Source: an uncultured bacterium
Lineage (GTDB): Bacteria > Patescibacteriota > Minisyncoccia > UBA6257 > GWB1-50-10
Assembly: GCA_963713955.1 (NCBI GenBank)
Contig: OY970216.1
Span: 570,252-634,251 of the forward strand
Direction of reading: 5' to 3'
Length of the DNA: 64,000 nucleotides
Shown here: piece by piece, positions 28,637 to 38,066 of the stretch
Position numbering within the stretch: position 1 is the first letter of the stretch
Layout of the letters: the number at the start of each line of letters is the position of its first letter
Notes under the pieces: generated by a model
What the model was told of the DNA's origin: nothing
Database searches by the model: none
What the model saw: the letters and a program-made list of their open reading frames with translations, nothing else
Translations under genes and position numbers: made by a program

Positions 28637-29242
28637 TTTTTTGATGTCTCTTATAAGCTCCGGGAGCCTTCCCTGGAGGAAGTGTCCTCGGGCGGCAAAT
28701 GTCCTCCTAGTCACCATCTTCAACGCCTTCTCGTATTTTTCCGAATCGACAAAAGGAACCAACGGATCGTCCTTGCTGTGGTAGATGAAAATCTTTCCTG
28801 CCTGCCCCGAGAATCTGTTCAAGCTTTTCGGCAGCTTGAAATCGGCCAGTGAATAAGAACTGTCGCGATTTTTATCGTCGTAGGGAACCGCTACGAGAAA
28901 AGTGGCCTTTATCTTTTTAGGGAACTCATTTTCGGATAAATATTTAGCCAGGAATATACCTCCCAGCGAATGGCCGACCAAGATCGCATTCGTCCTCAGG
29001 TGGGGAACAAATTTATCGAACCATATTTTCCATTCCCGGTATTTAGCGTTCAAGCTGTTTGGCATCCGGGGCGCGATCACTTCGAACCTCTTGCCGAGTG
29101 CTTTGCCCAAGTTTTCCTTCCAATTCTTTTTCCGATGCCGGTATTCTTCGAAATCTATTTTCCATTTCTTGAGAAATGAAATGTATCCCTCGTACGTATC
29201 AAACGTACCTCCGCCGTGAATGACGACAACCTGCCTTTTCAT
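28628..29242 (-). CDS. Alpha/beta-hydrolase-fold serine esterase
   Basis: The nucleophile elbow GHSLGG is present, and the N-terminus reads VVVIHGGG. The protein is 204 aa. Confidence 0.55.
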   Translation of the reverse strand: MKRQVVVIHGGGTFDTYEGYISFLKKWKIDFEEYRHRKKNWKENLGKALGKRFEVIAPRMPNSLNAKYREWKIWFDKFVPHLRTNAILVGHSLGGIFLAKYLSENEFPKKIKATFLVAVPYDDKNRDSSYSLADFKLPKSLNRFSGQAGKIFIYHSKDDPLVPFVDSEKYEKALKMVTRRTFAARGHFLQGRLPELIRDIKKSI

Positions 29243-29246
29243 GCAT

Positions 29247-30050
29247 TTATACTACGCTTTCCGCGCTGTAGCGGGCAATGAGACCAGTCTTGATAGCTTT
29301 CCGATAGATACTCAAGAACAGGAGATACGCGAGGATGATGTAAACGGCGGACAACGCCAAGCCGCCGATAAGTGTCGGTACCGAGAGCGGCCCACCCTCA
29401 ATGAGCGCTCGGACGCCCGCGAAAACGTATGACGGTGGGAGAAGCCAGCCCACATGCTGCATCCAGAGCGGAAGAACGCTCAACGGATAGAAAACGCCGA
29501 CGAAAGGGGAAAGAAGTGCCGGGATAGGCCAAATGAACCACTCTGCTGACGGCCCCCACCGGAGGACGATGGAGATTCCCACGAGACCGAGGGCGATCCC
29601 AAAGAGGAAGAGGATTAGAACGAAAAGAGCGAGGAATGCGCCGTAAACGGCCATGGAAAATCCGAACGCTAAGCTCGCCAAAAAGAGCATCACGACAAGC
29701 GCGAGAATACTTCGGCCGATACTCACAAAAACCAAGCCGCTCACGTATTCGGACACCCGGAGCGGAGAAGCAAAGATATTCAAGAAATTCCGCGACCAGA
29801 CGTCCTCAAAGAAGAGCATCGTTACACCTTGCATTGCTTGCGTCGAAAAATCCCAGAGGAGTACCGCCCCGATGAAAACTGCCATGAAGCTGAAACCGCT
29901 GCCCGTCATGCCCGCCAAGTACTTGCTGATGAAACCCCAAAGCGTGATGTCGACGACGATCCAGATGAAAATCTGAATGAACCGCGTGCCGGTGCCACGG
30001 ATGAGGTAAACCTGGCGGAGAACGACGGCGTAAATTCTTTTCCAGTTCAT
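29247..30050 (-). CDS. ABC-2 family transporter permease
   Basis: A 6-TM protein that lies 4 nt downstream of the ATPase gene. Confidence 0.65.
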   Translation of the reverse strand: MNWKRIYAVVLRQVYLIRGTGTRFIQIFIWIVVDITLWGFISKYLAGMTGSGFSFMAVFIGAVLLWDFSTQAMQGVTMLFFEDVWSRNFLNIFASPLRVSEYVSGLVFVSIGRSILALVVMLFLASLAFGFSMAVYGAFLALFVLILFLFGIALGLVGISIVLRWGPSAEWFIWPIPALLSPFVGVFYPLSVLPLWMQHVGWLLPPSYVFAGVRALIEGGPLSVPTLIGGLALSAVYIILAYLLFLSIYRKAIKTGLIARYSAESVV

Positions 30051-30054
30051 GTGA

Positions 30055-30801
30055 TTATACCGATTCCAATATCAACGGCTCTCTCGCGACCGCGATGAAA
30101 AGCTCCTCGAGGTTTTTCTTGCCGTACTGGCGGGGAAGCTTTTTCGGGTCTCCTTCCATGAGGATTTCACCGTGGGAAAGAAAGAGCACCCGATCGCAAA
30201 CATCCGTCACCTCGTACATGTTGTGAGATGTCCAAAGGACACCCGCCGTATTCTTGGAAACGTAAGTTCGTATCTTCTCGCGGATGATTTCGGCCGTCGA
30301 AGGATCAAGGGAAGAAGTTGGTTCATCGAGAAGGAGAAGACTCGGATCGTTCAGCATCGTCTTCGCCAAATTTACCCTCGTCTGTTCGCCCGACGAAAGG
30401 ACGCCGTATTTAACGTCTCTGAACTGATCAAGATCAAAATCACCCATGACATCCTTTATCTTTTCTTTCAAATCACGCACGCCGTAGATGAGACCGAATA
30501 TCTTGAGATTCTGATACACCGTGAGGTTGCCCGGCAGCTGCGCGTAGACCGCGGCGAAGTTGGTTAAGGAAAGTGCTTCACTCCGGTCACTCGCAATGTC
30601 GCGTCCGCCGATCGTAACCGACCCCTTGGTGGGTTTCAAAACGCCGAGAATCATATCGATTGTCGTCGTTTTTCCAGCACCGTTCGGCCCCAAAAGCCCC
30701 ACGATCTCCTTCGAGTGCACGACGAACGAAACACCCCTTACGGCTTCGGTCTTGCCGTAATTTTTACTCAGATTTTCTACCTCCAATATGGAACTTGCCA
30801 T
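30055..30801 (-). CDS. ABC transporter ATP-binding protein
   Basis: Walker A is GPNGAGKTT. The signature LSSGEQTRV and Walker B LLLDEP are present. Confidence 0.85.
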   Translation of the reverse strand: MASSILEVENLSKNYGKTEAVRGVSFVVHSKEIVGLLGPNGAGKTTTIDMILGVLKPTKGSVTIGGRDIASDRSEALSLTNFAAVYAQLPGNLTVYQNLKIFGLIYGVRDLKEKIKDVMGDFDLDQFRDVKYGVLSSGEQTRVNLAKTMLNDPSLLLLDEPTSSLDPSTAEIIREKIRTYVSKNTAGVLWTSHNMYEVTDVCDRVLFLSHGEILMEGDPKKLPRQYGKKNLEELFIAVAREPLILESV

Positions 30802-30979
30802 CTCAATGTTTCCATATTATCAGAACCGGCTTCATTTCCAAAGGGTAAAAAATAATCCGAAGGGTTACCCGCTCGACTTGACTCGGAACCCATATAAGTA
30901 TTTTAATCAAGGAAGAATCTTTCGGCAGAGTCTCGTAACTCGTAAAATGGATGTATTAACCAATAAAAAGAGGTGAACA

Positions 30980-31414
30980 ATGACACCGTCGTCGCAGGTT
31001 CTGGAAGAAACCGCCGTTGTTTCGCGGTGGTACTGGAAAACGGATTTTTCTGTATGCGAGAGGCCGCCCTCGTTTCAAATCGAACGGTCAGGCATTATGG
31101 AAGTCATTTCCGTAGCCTCCATGCGTGGATCAGAATTCAAGAAAGGGAGAATTCTCGTCACGGTCGGGCGCGATAAAATGGACGAAACGGAGGAGCACTT
31201 CGAAGAGGCATGCCTGATCGTTCTCACTTCCAACAACAAGATTCTCTCCGGCGTACACTTGGATTCTGGAGGTAACTTGGAATTCGAGTTTAACAGGGAA
31301 AGAGTGCGTGATGAGGATGCCGCAAAAGAGGTGTTCGTCTTCTCGAGATCAATGACTACTGGGGGTCGGGGAGAAACATCGACCCCAACTGAATTTTTGG
31401 ACCACGGCTTTTGA
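30980..31414 (+). CDS. Hypothetical protein (144 aa)
   Basis: An SD (aagaggtga) lies 6 nt before the ATG. Confidence 0.4.
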   Translation: MTPSSQVLEETAVVSRWYWKTDFSVCERPPSFQIERSGIMEVISVASMRGSEFKKGRILVTVGRDKMDETEEHFEEACLIVLTSNNKILSGVHLDSGGNLEFEFNRERVRDEDAAKEVFVFSRSMTTGGRGETSTPTEFLDHGF

Positions 31415-31478
31415 TACACAAAAGTCGTGGTCCTAAACATTTTTAGAGCCTACGTATGGAAGCTATCCCCAGAATCTA

Positions 31479-31512
31479 TGGCTTCCCGCTCTCCCTAAGG
31501 AGAGCGGGAAGC
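31479..31512. other. Perfect 15-bp stem hairpin (ggcttcccgctctcc-ctaa-ggagagcgggaagcc) with no adjacent U-tract
   Basis: Seen directly in the sequence, in the intergenic gap before the 31577 gene. Confidence 0.5.
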
Positions 31513-31576
31513 CGAATTAAAGCCGCTTGGCCAGTTTGATATAATAAAAGAGTCGAAAAAAAACCTAACTAATTCT

Positions 31577-31906
31577 ATGTCCAAATCTTCAAAGTTCATT
31601 ATATGGGTCATCATCGCCGTCGTGGTCGTCGGCGGCGTGATCTGGCTCGCGGGTCGATCCAGCAATCCGACTCAGCCGACGACGGCGACGAACGGGGGAA
31701 CAAGCGCGCCGACAACCGGCAACACTCCGAACGCTCCGGAAAACGTTTCCGGCAACTCAAGCAGTCAGACACCGCCGACTGATACCTCAGATGCCGCTCT
31801 GAACCAGGATCTCTCAAACCTGGATAGCCAGCTGAACGGTCTCAACGCTGACGCATCCAGCGTCGACCAAAGCTTGAACGACCAGCCAGTCCCGCAAGGT
31901 CAATAA
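31577..31906 (+). CDS. Membrane-anchored low-complexity (S/T/N/P-rich) surface protein
   Basis: An N-terminal transmembrane helix is followed by TQPTTATNGGTSAPTTGNTPNAP. Confidence 0.45.
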   Translation: MSKSSKFIIWVIIAVVVVGGVIWLAGRSSNPTQPTTATNGGTSAPTTGNTPNAPENVSGNSSSQTPPTDTSDAALNQDLSNLDSQLNGLNADASSVDQSLNDQPVPQGQ

Positions 31907-31927
31907 AAGTCGATTAATCTAACTCAA

Positions 31928-32734
31928 ATGAAAAATCAAAAAGTAATCTCATTAGTGATCGTCCTTACCGCCCTCACGGCGTTCGGAAGCGCCTTGCTGG
32001 CTTTCGCCCAAACGACCACATCGGCAACCATGACTACAACGACCACCGGCGGCCGCAATCTCACACAAAGGCTCCAAAACATCGTGACCCGCGCCGACCA
32101 GGAAATCAATCGGCGGATCACGGCACTCGACAACCTAGCCTCGAAAATCAGCTCGATGACCAAGATATCCGACACGGAGAAAAGCAATCTCGCTTCATCT
32201 ACCGAAGCACAGATAAGCGAGATGAACGTCTTAAAAGCAAAAGTCAGCACCGATTCCGATTTAACTTCTCTTAAATCCGATGTTCAGTCAATCGCCAAAT
32301 CCTACCGCATCTACATGCTAATCATTCCGCAGGGGACCATAACGGCCGCGGCCGACCGCGTCATGGATGTGGCGAGTTCTGTACAGGCGATTGCCGTAAA
32401 ACTTCAATCGAGGATTTCCGAAGATCAATCCGCCGGCAAGGACGTAACGGCAATCCAACCGGCGCTTTCCGACCTGAACGCAAAGGTGAACGATGCCGAA
32501 ACGCAGGCGCAAGCCGCTACATCCGAGGTAACCGGCCTCACGCCTGATAACGGCAATACGACCCAAATGCAAGCGAACACCGCGGCGCTCAAAGACGCGC
32601 GCACAAAAATCCAAACCGCGATGAAGGATTTGCAAACCGCCCGCAAAGATGCCGGTACCATCGTGCAAGGACTGAAAGCGCTCGAAGGGAACGTTTCCCC
32701 GACAACGCCTCAAACGACGACACCCCAAAGTTAG
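31928..32734 (+). CDS. Secreted coiled-coil protein with a threonine-rich linker
   Basis: A signal peptide is predicted, with a TTTSATMTTTTTGG linker. Heptad-like Q/A/K-rich repeats follow. Confidence 0.45.
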   Translation: MKNQKVISLVIVLTALTAFGSALLAFAQTTTSATMTTTTTGGRNLTQRLQNIVTRADQEINRRITALDNLASKISSMTKISDTEKSNLASSTEAQISEMNVLKAKVSTDSDLTSLKSDVQSIAKSYRIYMLIIPQGTITAAADRVMDVASSVQAIAVKLQSRISEDQSAGKDVTAIQPALSDLNAKVNDAETQAQAATSEVTGLTPDNGNTTQMQANTAALKDARTKIQTAMKDLQTARKDAGTIVQGLKALEGNVSPTTPQTTTPQS

Positions 32735-32758
32735 AAGCCGAATTATTCTCTAACAAAA

Positions 32759-32786
32759 ACACCCGCCAGAAGCGGATGTTTTTTCA
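32759..32786. terminator. Bidirectional rho-independent terminator between the convergent 31928-32734 gene and cspA
   Basis: The sequence is cacccgccagaagcggatgtttttt. Its reverse complement is catccgcttctggcgggtgttttt. A-tracts and T-tracts lie on both sides. Confidence 0.5.
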
Positions 32787-32795
32787 GGGATTGAG

Positions 32796-32993
32796 TTAGG
32801 CGCGCCGCACGTTCGTGGCAGCCGGGCCCTTGTCGGTATTGACGATCTCGAAGGCAACGGCATCGCCGACCTTCAAATCATCAAATGTGACTCCCTGCAA
32901 CTCCTTGGAGTGAAAGAAGAGATCCTTCGCCTCGCCTTCGCGAGAGATGAAACCGAATCCTCGATCCATGAGTTTTGCAATTTTTCCGTCCAT
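32796..32993 (-). CDS. cspA: Cold-shock protein (CspA family)
   Basis: The RNP1 and RNP2 motifs are present (KGFGFI and LFFH). The protein is 65 aa. Confidence 0.85.
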   Translation of the reverse strand: MDGKIAKLMDRGFGFISREGEAKDLFFHSKELQGVTFDDLKVGDAVAFEIVNTDKGPAATNVRRA

Positions 32994-33084
32994 TTATTTG
33001 CTTACTTTATTCAGAAACTCGACGAGATTTCCTAATCGCATTGTCGTGATGGTATCAGATAAAAAGTATTTTGTCAAACAGCAA

Positions 33085-33113
33085 TTGACTAATCGCTAAA
33101 TATAACTTATAAT
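33085..33113 (+). promoter_or_regulatory. Sigma70 promoter: TTGACT, 17-nt spacer, TATAAT
   Basis: The sequence is ttgactaatcgctaaatataacttataat, about 90 nt upstream of the 33200 ORF. Confidence 0.45.
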
Positions 33114-33199
33114 ATAAGCCTAAAGCAGCACTGGGTTTTTTATTCCATTCCAGAAAGAAATAAAAAAATCCATTTGAAAACAGAAAAAAGGAGGTCTAA

Positions 33200-33448
33200 A
33201 TGCTACAAGGATGGCCGACGAAGGGGACAATGCGGAAATGGTCGGAAGAGAGGATAAAGGAGCTTATTGCTCAGTTCACTCCCACCGACCTTAGAAATTT
33301 GGGATCCATGCTCGCAAGGGATCTGAAGAAAAATCCTGAACAAATTCTTCTTTCCATTTTCGAGAGTTTGGGTCATGAGAAAAAGAATACCCAACTCCTG
33401 ATATGGATCAGCCTACCTAATAGGCAAGCTATGCCGTCAATTTTCTAA
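33200..33448 (+). CDS. Hypothetical protein (82 aa)
   Basis: An SD (aaaaggagg) precedes the ATG. Confidence 0.35.
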   Translation: MLQGWPTKGTMRKWSEERIKELIAQFTPTDLRNLGSMLARDLKKNPEQILLSIFESLGHEKKNTQLLIWISLPNRQAMPSIF

Positions 33449-33602
33449 TGGTAAGTTTGTAGCGGTTGTCCCACGGCACGCGAAATCTGCCGCAACGCTT
33501 TTGGTTTGCGCCGCCGATGAAATCCACGTTGGTAATCTTAGTGAACTTGGACCGATAGATCCTCAAATTAATGAATGTAAAGACCTGTAAAGACCCCCAA
33601 AG

Positions 33603-34412
33603 TTAAGACACTTTTTCGACAAGTTTCTGGTAGCGATTCGAGAACAGTGCAGGCGGCATCCTGAGGGCGGAGTGGATTCTCCGGTGGTTGTAGTCCCAGA
33701 CCAGGCGATGGATCTCGTAGACCAGCTCTCCCAGCGATTTGAACCTCTCCGGATCGCCCAGATCCACCTTGAACTGGGAGTAGAAGGACTCCTGGTAGCC
33801 GTTCTCCCATGGCGATGACTTCCTCGATCTCGATATCCTGACGCCGAGGTTCAAAAGAGCTCCGGTGAAGATCCTTGAGCCATACTCCCTTCCGTTGTCC
33901 GAGTGGAAGATGTTGGGTCTCGGATGATGTTCCGCCGCGGAGAAGAGTGCCTGGAGGACCAGAGGCACCGAGTGGGTATTCATCACGGCCCAGCCCACGA
34001 TCTCCCTCGCAAACAAATCCATCACGGTGGCGAGATACAGGAACTTCCCTTGGTACGGGATGTACGTGAAGTCCGCCACCCAGATATCGTTCAATCCTTT
34101 GGGGAAGTTCTTCTGAAGGAGATTGGGATACAGGATACTCGAGAAGCCCGTTTTCCTTGGCCTTCTGCCCCTTCTCCGATATGCCTTCATCCCGAAGAGC
34201 CTCATCACCCGTTGGGCTCTTTTTTTGTTGATCTTGAGCTCCAAAGCCACTCTTCTGAAGCCGTATGAAGGATGGTCTCTCAAGACTGATATGATCCTTT
34301 CCTTGAGCGACCAATCCTTGGGCGATTGTTTCGAGACATAGTAGAGGGAGGCGCGGGAGAGGCCGAGTTCACGGGCAAGTTCCCACTTCGTCTTCTTCTG
34401 CTTTTTGATCAA
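33603..34412 (-). CDS. IS3-family transposase OrfB (rve)
   Basis: The rve-core segments WVADFTY, FHSDNGREY and SPWENGYQESF are present. Confidence 0.8.
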   Translation of the reverse strand: MIKKQKKTKWELARELGLSRASLYYVSKQSPKDWSLKERIISVLRDHPSYGFRRVALELKINKKRAQRVMRLFGMKAYRRRGRRPRKTGFSSILYPNLLQKNFPKGLNDIWVADFTYIPYQGKFLYLATVMDLFAREIVGWAVMNTHSVPLVLQALFSAAEHHPRPNIFHSDNGREYGSRIFTGALLNLGVRISRSRKSSPWENGYQESFYSQFKVDLGDPERFKSLGELVYEIHRLVWDYNHRRIHSALRMPPALFSNRYQKLVEKVS

Positions 34413-34666
34413 CGCTTTTTTTGAGTGCGTGAGGAGGCCAGGGTGAGCTCGCCCACGAGGGCGAGGAGCTCTTCGTTCTGGCGCTTGAGGCGGACGAGTT
34501 CACCGATCGTGGGGGTGCCTTTCACGCCCCTTCCCAGCCAGTTGTATATGGTGGCGGGATTCAGACCGTGTTCCTTGGCGGCCTGGACGACCGGGATCCC
34601 TTCCTCCTTGATTCTCTTCAATATCTGCTCCTTCACCTCGGGAGCAGTGCGATATGTTTTCTTCAT
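34409..34666 (-). CDS. IS3-family transposase OrfA
   Basis: An 85-aa HTH protein, about 50% identical to the other element's OrfA. Confidence 0.75.
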   Translation of the reverse strand: MKKTYRTAPEVKEQILKRIKEEGIPVVQAAKEHGLNPATIYNWLGRGVKGTPTIGELVRLKRQNEELLALVGELTLASSRTQKKR

Positions 34667-34796
34667 GACACAAGGGTATATTGACTTCGACCTTTGTGTC
34701 TAATATATGGGGGTCAGGCCATTCATGACAAATTCATTATATCATAGCTATCTCCCTGTCAACAGTTCTTCTTCCCGTAACTTGTCCAGGAAAAAA

Positions 34797-34820
34797 GTTC
34801 GAACATCGTCCACTACTGCG
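34797..34820 (+). promoter_or_regulatory. Conserved upstream motif GTTCGAACATCGTCCACTACTGCG (copy A)
   Basis: The motif is 22/24 identical to 35746-35769 and related to 21090-21112. Each copy lies 25-60 nt upstream of a small island gene, and a TATAAT box follows. Confidence 0.4.
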
Positions 34821-34862
34821 TTGTGCATAATTTTATCGGAGAATTATTGTATAATTACAGTT

Positions 34863-35714
34863 ATGAATGCTTACGAGCGTCTTAAAATGCCAATCGTATT
34901 TTGCACGGCGGTTGTTGTCTTTATTCTGCTCTTATTCGTAATCCCCCCGAAGTTTATATCTCCCGATTTAGGAAACACCGTTTTAACAATTTCCACATTT
35001 CTTTTTGGAATTATCGCTGGATTCTTTATCGTCGTTACCACAACTGATTACAACACACTTAAAAATCTTGCAGCCTCAGAAACGGGTGGGCTTATTGCCC
35101 TCCATCAGGATGTTCTTATGTACGATAAAAGTTCTGCCACCCGCTTAGAGGAGTTGATTGATGGATATATCCGGAACGCCTTTGACACGGAACTCATTAA
35201 CTCTGCGCAGCACGTCACTCCCGATTTCGATCAAATTAAAAAATTGGCTCGAGAACTTCCTATAAAACAGGAACTCTCTTCGATCCTGCAAGAGATCCGA
35301 ATCACGATGGATGACCTTATTAAGGTCCATCAGGATGAGATTGTATTAGAAACCCGAACCGTGTCTGCATTCCAATGGTTCGTCTTAATCATTCTTTCGG
35401 CCCTCCCCATTGTAACTATGTACGGCTTGAGAACAGGAGGGTTATTTTTTGATATCGTAACCGTCGCTTTTTCGAGTATGGTGGTATTGATCTTATTAAT
35501 CATTCGGGCCATCGATCTCTATGTCTGGAATGAAGAAACGTTTAGTTTCGATATTTATGAAGAAGTGTTGAAATCTATTGGTAAACTTCCCTATTACCCC
35601 AAGGAGTCAATCGAAAAGAGAAGAGTCCATCCTCGAGAAAATGAATATCGTGTTGGTGTATTAGATCCAATTTCACAAAACATGAGGCGGAAGATTGAGA
35701 TAGTTAAAAAATAA
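34863..35714 (+). CDS. Hypothetical polytopic membrane protein (284 aa) in an AT-rich islet
   Basis: I start the CDS at ATG 34863 (MNAYERL...). The ORF track start at 34707 lies inside the IS. At least four transmembrane helices are predicted. Confidence 0.45.
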   Translation: MNAYERLKMPIVFCTAVVVFILLLFVIPPKFISPDLGNTVLTISTFLFGIIAGFFIVVTTTDYNTLKNLAASETGGLIALHQDVLMYDKSSATRLEELIDGYIRNAFDTELINSAQHVTPDFDQIKKLARELPIKQELSSILQEIRITMDDLIKVHQDEIVLETRTVSAFQWFVLIILSALPIVTMYGLRTGGLFFDIVTVAFSSMVVLILLIIRAIDLYVWNEETFSFDIYEEVLKSIGKLPYYPKESIEKRRVHPRENEYRVGVLDPISQNMRRKIEIVKK

Positions 35715-35745
35715 GCTGTTTTCAATAATCTATTAACAAAATCGT

Positions 35746-35769
35746 TCGAACTTCGTCCACTGCTGCGCA
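35746..35769 (+). promoter_or_regulatory. Conserved upstream motif GTTCGAACTTCGTCCACTGCTGCG (copy B)
   Basis: See copy A. It lies upstream of the 35795 gene, and a TATAAT box follows. Confidence 0.4.
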
Positions 35770-35794
35770 TGCCAAGAGTGTTATAATAAAAGAT

Positions 35795-35977
35795 ATGAAG
35801 AAATATCCTCTTTGGATTTATGTCGTGGGTGTCGTCGTTGTACTCGCAATCGTTAACTACATTGTGTGGCTCAGGGGCGGCACAGGCGAGTTTGAAGCGG
35901 TAAAGATACTTTCATTGGGATTCTTGCTGGGGATGCTCGCGATGTATATCGCCGTGCATATTTACCGGTACAAATAG
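35795..35977 (+). CDS. Small membrane protein (60 aa, 2 TM)
   Basis: The ORF encodes two hydrophobic helices. Confidence 0.35.
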   Translation: MKKYPLWIYVVGVVVVLAIVNYIVWLRGGTGEFEAVKILSLGFLLGMLAMYIAVHIYRYK

Positions 35978-35990
35978 GGGGCTTCTTTCG

Positions 35991-37409
35991 TTACAGAAGC
36001 CCATCGGTGTGATTCGCGATCGTGCCGGCGCCCATCATGACGACGACGAACTTCGGCGTTGCACCCTTCGCGCCTCTCGCGGAGAAAGGATGCATAATAT
36101 CATGAAGAACCTTTGGGAGCTTTTGGTAGTCGCGGCAAAACGTGACGTTCAGGTTCTTATTCAAACGTTCCACTCTCTTCGCCAAACTCTCAGATGTGTA
36201 CGCTTTACTTATCTTATCCCGTCCGGCCACTTTATACGTCGGCATGAGGATGAGGTAATCGGCTTTGTCGAACGCGGTCGTGAATTCCCTGAAAAGATTC
36301 TGCAAGCGCTTCGCCTGATGTGGCTCGAAAACGCAGATTATTTTATGGTTGGGGAACTTCTCGCGGAAGGCGGAAAGCGTCGCATCGATCTCCGTCGGAT
36401 GGTGAGCGTAGTCGTCGTAGACGGGGACCTTGGTTTTCTTACGCCATTTGACCGAGCCGATTTTCATTTTTCTCACGTTCAAGTCGCCGCGGTACTCAAA
36501 CCGGCGCCAGGCGCCCTCGTAACCGTGGAGGGCTGCAAGGGCGAGATCTTCGCCTATGCCGAGTTCCCTCGCGAGGACGAGAACGGCAAGGGCATTCATC
36601 AAATTGTGTTCGCCGGGAATCAAGAGAGTTTTTTTGAGCTTGGATTTTAGATCCGGACGATCGGCGAGCGAATACCAAACAACATTCACGGATTTTTCCC
36701 TCGCCGCCCTTTCGATTTCTTTTTTGAGCTTCAAAAGATTCCCGTTGTCCTTGTTCACAAAGAGCGTCCCGCCGAGTTTCATGTTACCTATGAACTTCAG
36801 GAAAGACTTTTCAACATTCTCGAAACTTTTATAGAAATCCAAGTGTTCCTTGTCGATATTCGTGATGATGGTGAAAGTAGGGGAGTAGTTCAGGAAGGCG
36901 GCTTTCCATTCGTCGGCTTCGAGGACGAGATAATCCTTCCGCCCCAGGCGGAAGTTCGTGTCGCCGAACTCCTTGAGCTTGGTGCCGACAATAACCGTCG
37001 GATCAAATCCGGCTTTCATTAAAACCAAAGACAAGAGGGAAGTGGTTGTGCTCTTCCCGTGGGCCCCGGCGACGGCGAAGGTCTCGTATCCTCGGGTAAG
37101 CTCTCCCACAGCCTCCGGGTAGGAGTAAACGGGGAGGCCTCGCTTCCGGGCCTCCAGAAGCTCCGGATTCCCGCCCGGGATGGCATTATTATATACAACC
37201 AGGCCTATTTTCCTCTCCAGATTGCCCTTTTTATGGCCTATTTTGACCTTTATGCCATCTTTCTTGAGTTCCTGGGTTATTTTACTCTCAGCCATATCGG
37301 AGCCAAAAACAGCCCAATTCTGGGCCTTGAACCACCTGGCGAGGGAGCTCATACCGATGCCCCCGATACCTATGAAATAGACGCTTTTTTCATTGATGTG
37401 GTCGAACAT
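35991..37409 (-). CDS. murC: UDP-N-acetylmuramate--L-alanine ligase
   Basis: The N-terminal Rossmann motif VYFIGIGGIGMSSLA and the Mur-ligase P-loop GAHGKSTTTS are present. I place the likely start at MFDH. Confidence 0.85.
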   Translation of the reverse strand: MFDHINEKSVYFIGIGGIGMSSLARWFKAQNWAVFGSDMAESKITQELKKDGIKVKIGHKKGNLERKIGLVVYNNAIPGGNPELLEARKRGLPVYSYPEAVGELTRGYETFAVAGAHGKSTTTSLLSLVLMKAGFDPTVIVGTKLKEFGDTNFRLGRKDYLVLEADEWKAAFLNYSPTFTIITNIDKEHLDFYKSFENVEKSFLKFIGNMKLGGTLFVNKDNGNLLKLKKEIERAAREKSVNVVWYSLADRPDLKSKLKKTLLIPGEHNLMNALAVLVLARELGIGEDLALAALHGYEGAWRRFEYRGDLNVRKMKIGSVKWRKKTKVPVYDDYAHHPTEIDATLSAFREKFPNHKIICVFEPHQAKRLQNLFREFTTAFDKADYLILMPTYKVAGRDKISKAYTSESLAKRVERLNKNLNVTFCRDYQKLPKVLHDIMHPFSARGAKGATPKFVVVMMGAGTIANHTDGLL

Positions 37410-37685
37410 GGAACTAGGGATTAGGGATGCGAGATATAGAAGGACTAACAAGCTATAGGATACTCCGGAAAAGGCAGAAATTCCAGAGGGTTGTCATAAT
37501 AAGAGGCGACAGAGTGATCCTGCCGCCTTTTCTCCAGCTTACCACCTGTCGCACAATGACTCTTTTACGCTAGATGTACCCAATGTGAAATATAACATAA
37601 TACTAATGGATCAGAGCATGCCCTTCTCGCGATTTCCGAAGACAACCGCGAAAAAGATTCTCCACTACGAATTTTTCCGATCCGA

Positions 37686-38066
37686 TTACAAGTGAGAAAG
37701 ACCCACCTGAAGAAGTTTTATGATAATCTCCCAAATCCAGATGATGAGATTGACTACGGCTTTGATGATGTCCGAAAGACTCACACCGGTATTTGCCGCG
37801 AACCAATTGTTCAGACTTTGCCACAAATTGCCCAGTTGATTCAGAATGTCGCCCCCGTTAATGTTAACGGAGCTTGGTGGGCCGCCCGCCGTGTTGAGCG
37901 AGCCCCCAGGCGTATTATTTATGTTTATCTTACTTAACGTATTCAAAAGATCGTTGACCGGCTGGGGTAGATTCTGCTGCGAAACATTCGGCACGGACGA
38001 CTGAGCTCCCGCCGCGAACGGCACCAAGGTTAAGAGCACCGCCGCAATCGCTAATTTTTTATTCAT
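37686..38066 (-). CDS. Secreted hypothetical protein (126 aa) with a C-terminal hydrophobic helix
   Basis: A signal peptide is predicted (MNKKLAIAAVLLTLVPFAAGA), and the body is N/S/G-rich. Confidence 0.4.
   Translation of the reverse strand: MNKKLAIAAVLLTLVPFAAGAQSSVPNVSQQNLPQPVNDLLNTLSKININNTPGGSLNTAGGPPSSVNINGGDILNQLGNLWQSLNNWFAANTGVSLSDIIKAVVNLIIWIWEIIIKLLQVGLSHL

Larger units (their letters stand above)
33586..34721 (-). mobile_element. Second IS3-family insertion sequence (about 1.1 kb), related to but distinct from the three-copy element; right boundary approximate
   Basis: The terminal inverted repeats are TGTAAAGACCCCCAAAGTTAAGACAC and TGGCCTGACCCCCATATATTAGACAC. A tandem tgtaaagacc duplication sits at the left junction. 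Confidence 0.7.

Noticed and set aside
33576-33595. The tandem tgtaaagacc duplication read as an IS target-site duplication
   Set aside because: It duplicates the IS terminus itself rather than flanking target DNA. The other end shows no matching copy.
34707-34862. The ORF-track start at 34707 for the membrane-protein gene
   Set aside because: That start lies inside the IS terminus and gives a Ser-rich junk leader. I used the ATG at 34863, which precedes the first transmembrane helix.
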